From Gemmatimonadota bacterium (lineage in GTDB: Bacteria > Gemmatimonadota > Gemmatimonadetes > Longimicrobiales > Gaopeijiaceae): a DNA stretch of 64,000 nucleotides. Position 1 is the first letter of the stretch; every line of letters begins with the position of its first letter. Below are positions 60,608-64,000 of the stretch, one piece after another. Position numbers and translations under genes: made by a program. Under the pieces are notes generated by a model, which was not told the DNA's origin, searched no databases, and saw nothing but the letters and a program-made list of their open reading frames with translations. The stretch is taken from NCBI GenBank assembly GCA_039589315.1, contig JBDHHQ010000003.1, positions 64,001 to 128,000 of the forward strand. The letters run 5' to 3'.

Positions 60608-61228
60608 TCATGTCCTGCTCTTTTGTCGAGACGCACGCGCCCCCCCGAACACCCGCGTCACCACCGCCCGCATCCGCGCCGTGTGCGAGCCCTCCCAGTA
60701 GATCCGTTCGCACTCGGGGCATTGAACGAAGGAGGCTTCCCGTTCGAGAACCCTCGCGGGCACCCTTCGCTCCACGGCCTCCGGGTCGGCCCGCACGAGA
60801 ACGCCATTGCACACGCGGCACCGGGTGAAGAGGCGAACGGGCGCCTCCAGGCCGAACGCGGCCGCCACCTCGACGAGTTGATCGAGCGGCTTGTCGGCCT
60901 CGACAACCAGGCACCCCTCGACCCGCCATTCCTCCGGGAGCTTCCGGTCCCGGGTCAGGATGTACCGCCCCTCCACCAGCGCCCGCCTCACGAGCTCGGC
61001 GTCTGGGATCCGGTCGTCGTAGGCCGTGTCGAACCCCAGCGTCCGCAGCCAGCGAGCCAGACGGCCGAGCATGGCGTCGGCGAAGAAACGAGGTCGGTCC
61101 GCGGTGATGGGCGGACCCAGACGTTGCTCCAGACCCACCCGGGCGCCGCACGTGCATTGGATCGTACGGCCGAACTGGAACAGGGTGACGTCGTACTGGC
61201 GGCCGCAGCCGGAACACCGAATGGCCAT
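60608..61228 (-). CDS. Mut7-C (PIN-like) RNase domain protein with N-terminal zinc ribbon
   Basis: FFADAMLGRLARWLRTLGFD, ILTRD, TRCRVCN, CPECERIYWEGSH; N-terminal CSGC...CTCG. Confidence 0.88.
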   Translation of the reverse strand: MAIRCSGCGRQYDVTLFQFGRTIQCTCGARVGLEQRLGPPITADRPRFFADAMLGRLARWLRTLGFDTAYDDRIPDAELVRRALVEGRYILTRDRKLPEEWRVEGCLVVEADKPLDQLVEVAAAFGLEAPVRLFTRCRVCNGVLVRADPEAVERRVPARVLEREASFVQCPECERIYWEGSHTARMRAVVTRVFGGARASRQKSRT

Positions 61229-61626
61229 GACGGTGGGTCTCAGGAGGAGCCGTGGCGCAGGGAAGGCGTGTGGGCCCCGGGGCCCATGGCCCTGCCCGCC
61301 ACGTAGCAATAGCCTCGGCCGGCCCGCCGGTCCAACGCTCCTGGTGACCCACGCGGCCGGCCGGCCCGGCGCCGACTCCGCGACCGTCGTGCCCGACCGT
61401 CGCGAGCGCGAGCTCGATCGGCACGCCGAGCCCGGCGGCGTCTCGAGGGGGCTGGACGTCCCACGCGCTCCGCCTTGCCGGCGCCCGAGCGTCACCCTAG
61501 GCTGCCGTCCGGGAACCGGAGCCGAGAGCTCCAGGTCCACGGAAGGCCCGGATAGCTGGTCCCGAGCCGGCCCCGCGTGCATCGGGCCGCGGGCGCATGA
61601 TTCCACGAAAAGCCGAATTCGCGCAT

Positions 61627-62262
61627 ATGAGGATCGCAGTGCTTGGCGCCGGAAACGTCGGTGGCACACTCGGCCGGGCGTGGCTGGGCGCCGGTCACGA
61701 GGTCGTCTTCGGCGTGCGCGACGCCGGCAGCGTGAAGGAGAAGGCCCTCGCGGCAGAGACGGGAGCGGTGGTCGTGGGCTTGGCCGAGGCGGTGGAGGGA
61801 GCGGACGTCGTGGTCCTCGCGATTCCCTTCCGGGCGGTGGGCGGTGTGCTCGAGAAGACCGGTCCGCTGCACGGGAAGGTCGTGGTCGACACCACGAACC
61901 ACCTCGACTGGACCTACGGCCTTCGTGTGGCCACGGAGCGGTCCGCGGCCGAGGAGATCCAGGACATGATCCCCACGGCCAGGATCGTGAAGGCGTTCAA
62001 CACGATCGGCCACGAGCACATGGCCGACCCCCTGTTCGGTGACGTACCGGCGGACATGTTCGTGTGCGGGAACGACGAGGCGGCCCGATCGCGGGTCATG
62101 GGATTGGCCCAGGACATCGGCTTCGAGCCCGTGGACGCCGGAGGACTGAGCCATGCTCGGGCCCTGGAGCACCTTGCTGTGCTCTGGATCTTCCTCTCCA
62201 CGTCCGGTGCCCAAGGCCGCGACATCGCCTTCAAGCTGTTGCGGACGAAGGCATCGCCGTGA
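61627..62262 (+). CDS. NADPH-dependent F420 reductase-like dinucleotide-binding oxidoreductase
   Basis: IAVLGAGNVG, ADVVVLAIP, VVDTTN, VKAFNT, GFEPVDAGGL. Confidence 0.87.
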   Translation: MRIAVLGAGNVGGTLGRAWLGAGHEVVFGVRDAGSVKEKALAAETGAVVVGLAEAVEGADVVVLAIPFRAVGGVLEKTGPLHGKVVVDTTNHLDWTYGLRVATERSAAEEIQDMIPTARIVKAFNTIGHEHMADPLFGDVPADMFVCGNDEAARSRVMGLAQDIGFEPVDAGGLSHARALEHLAVLWIFLSTSGAQGRDIAFKLLRTKASP

Positions 62263-62311
62263 CTCATCCCGCGACCCGCGCACGCGGGTGACGAGGCACT
62301 GACCAACGAGC

Positions 62312-63505
62312 ATGCTGCTGCCCACGCCCTTCCACTCTCGGACTTCCGCCCTTTGTAGGAGCGCCAGGTGGCGCAACTGGTCGGGCTACGCGTCGGTCGT
62401 CGCGTACGAAGCGACGCACGAGTACGAGTACTACGCGGTGCGCAACGGGTCGGCGCTCTTCGACGTGTCGCCGCTCCGCAAGTACGAGATCGGCGGACCG
62501 GACGCCGCCCTACTGGTGAGCCGGATAATCACGCGGGACCCGACCCGGTGTCGAGTGGGGCAGGTGCTCTACACCACCTGGTGCGATGAAGCCGGGAAGA
62601 TGATCGACGACGGCACCGTCCAGCGATTGGAGCCGGACCTGTTCCGGATCACCTCCGCCGACCCGAATCTCCGGTGGTTCCAGGACTGCGGTCTCGGGAT
62701 GGACGCCACCACTCGGGACGTCACCGTGGATCTGGCGGCCCTGGCGCTGCAAGGCCCGACCTCCCGGGAGATCCTGAAGAGCCTGGTCACGGGAGTGGAC
62801 CTCGACGCCCTCCGCTTCTTCCACCTGGCAGACGGGACCGTCGGGCAGATCCCCGTTACCGTGTCCCGGACCGGCTACACCGGCGATCTGGGCTACGAGC
62901 TATGGGTCGCGCCGACCCACGCCGAGGCGCTTTGGGACGCCCTGATGGAGGCGGGGCGCGGTTACGGGATCGCCCCGGCCGGGCTGGACGCGCTGGACAT
63001 CGCCCGCATCGAAGCGGCGCTGATCCTCAAGGAGGTCGACTACGTCTCCACCACGACAGCGTTGATCGAATCGAGGAAGTCCTCACCCTTCGAAGCCGGC
63101 CTGGGGTGGACAGTGCAGCCCGGCGGGAGAGCGGGCTTCGTCGGCGCACGGGCGCTACGGGCCGAGGCGGAGAGCCCCTCGAGGTGGGCCCTGGCCGGTA
63201 TCGAGGTGGATTGGCCGGCCATCGAGAAGTTGTTCAATGCGGTCAACTTGCCTCCGCTCGTAGCCGGTGCGGCGTCTCGCGCCGCCGTACCGCTGTACGG
63301 CCGGGGACGGCAGATCGGCTACGCCACCAGCTCGACGTTTTCGCCCATCCTCAAACGGTACGTCGCGCTGGCAACGATCGAGCGCGACTTCGCCACACCG
63401 GGCTCGCGCATCGACTTCGAGCTCACGGTGGAGTTCGCACGCCACAAGGTGCCGGCCCGCGTCGTCGACACTCCCTTCTTCGATCCCGAGCGGAAGCGAG
63501 CGTAG
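62312..63505 (+). CDS. GcvT-like aminomethyltransferase family (folate-binding) protein
   Basis: TPFH, LFDVSPL, IDDGTV, ALQGP, SRTGYTGDLGYELW, ARIEA, PFFDP. Confidence 0.88.
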   Translation: MLLPTPFHSRTSALCRSARWRNWSGYASVVAYEATHEYEYYAVRNGSALFDVSPLRKYEIGGPDAALLVSRIITRDPTRCRVGQVLYTTWCDEAGKMIDDGTVQRLEPDLFRITSADPNLRWFQDCGLGMDATTRDVTVDLAALALQGPTSREILKSLVTGVDLDALRFFHLADGTVGQIPVTVSRTGYTGDLGYELWVAPTHAEALWDALMEAGRGYGIAPAGLDALDIARIEAALILKEVDYVSTTTALIESRKSSPFEAGLGWTVQPGGRAGFVGARALRAEAESPSRWALAGIEVDWPAIEKLFNAVNLPPLVAGAASRAAVPLYGRGRQIGYATSSTFSPILKRYVALATIERDFATPGSRIDFELTVEFARHKVPARVVDTPFFDPERKRA

Positions 63506-63507
63506 CC

Positions 63508-64000
63508 GTGGCCCACAGGTATGACGCCATCGTGATCGGGGCCGGACACAACGGGCTGGTGCACGCGGCGTATCTGGCCCGGGCAGGACTCGACGTGCTG
63601 GTGCTGGAGCGCCGCCACCTCGTGGGGGGCGCCACCGTCACCGAGGAGCTGTTTCCCGGCTTCAAGTACAGCGTGTACTCCTACGTGGTCAGCCTGATGC
63701 GGCCGGACATCATTCGGGAGCTCGACCTCCCTCGGCACGGGCTCACCATCCTTCCCCTGGAGAGCACGCTGACGCCGCTGCCGGACGGCGACTGCCTGTA
63801 CCGCGACGCCGACCGCTACCGCACGTGGCGCGATATCGCTCGCTTCTCGGTGCGCGACGCGGAGGCGTACGAGGAGTACGGCCGGACCCTCTTCTTCATG
63901 GCTCGGGCCGTCAAGTACCTGCTGGGGATCGCGCCCCCTGATCCGACCCGGGTCCGCCCGAAAGACCTGTCGGGGATGCTGGGCCTCGCGAGGCACATGC
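63508..64000 (+). CDS. Phytoene dehydrogenase-like FAD oxidoreductase (partial, runs off the window)
   Basis: Not in the ORF track. Manual translation from GTG 63508: MAHRYDAIVIGAGHNGLVHAAYLARAGLDVLVLERRHLVGGATVTEELFPGFKYS. Confidence 0.85.
   Translation, partial: MAHRYDAIVIGAGHNGLVHAAYLARAGLDVLVLERRHLVGGATVTEELFPGFKYSVYSYVVSLMRPDIIRELDLPRHGLTILPLESTLTPLPDGDCLYRDADRYRTWRDIARFSVRDAEAYEEYGRTLFFMARAVKYLLGIAPPDPTRVRPKDLSGMLGLARHM

Overview
GC-rich bacterial chromosomal window with about 42 CDS and no rRNA, tRNA, CRISPR array, transposase or phage module that I can support. The gene mix (LptFG, SprA, PilBTC/PilSR, GlnRS-YqeY) suggests a diderm FCB-group organism, probably Gemmatimonadota (inference). 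Most genes are housekeeping or envelope genes: ade, sodA, dinB, an AGCS symporter, lptFG, dapF-like, metH plus a YitJ-like gene, rlpA, ROK kinase, pepP, an S9 peptidase, a TonB receptor, rhodanese, glnS and two radical SAM genes. The best candidate for an undescribed system is the co-oriented minus-strand block sprA-comEA-pilB-pilT-pilC. It is followed by a tandem 39-bp repeat/hairpin spacer and an 809-aa GAF protein whose C-terminus carries the ordered motifs of a divergent class III nucleotide cyclase. An AT-rich near-palindrome (AAACA-N2-TGTKY) recurs upstream of pilS, pilB, a LysM peptidase and rlpA. Other oddities are a DapF with both catalytic Cys replaced by Ser, a circularly permuted Tat-lipoprotein D-amino acid oxidase, a DHp protein with no ATPase domain upstream of pilS, a TonB plug fused to a small barrel, and a kinase with a transporter-like sensor domain. 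All calls come from motif recognition by eye; no searches were run.
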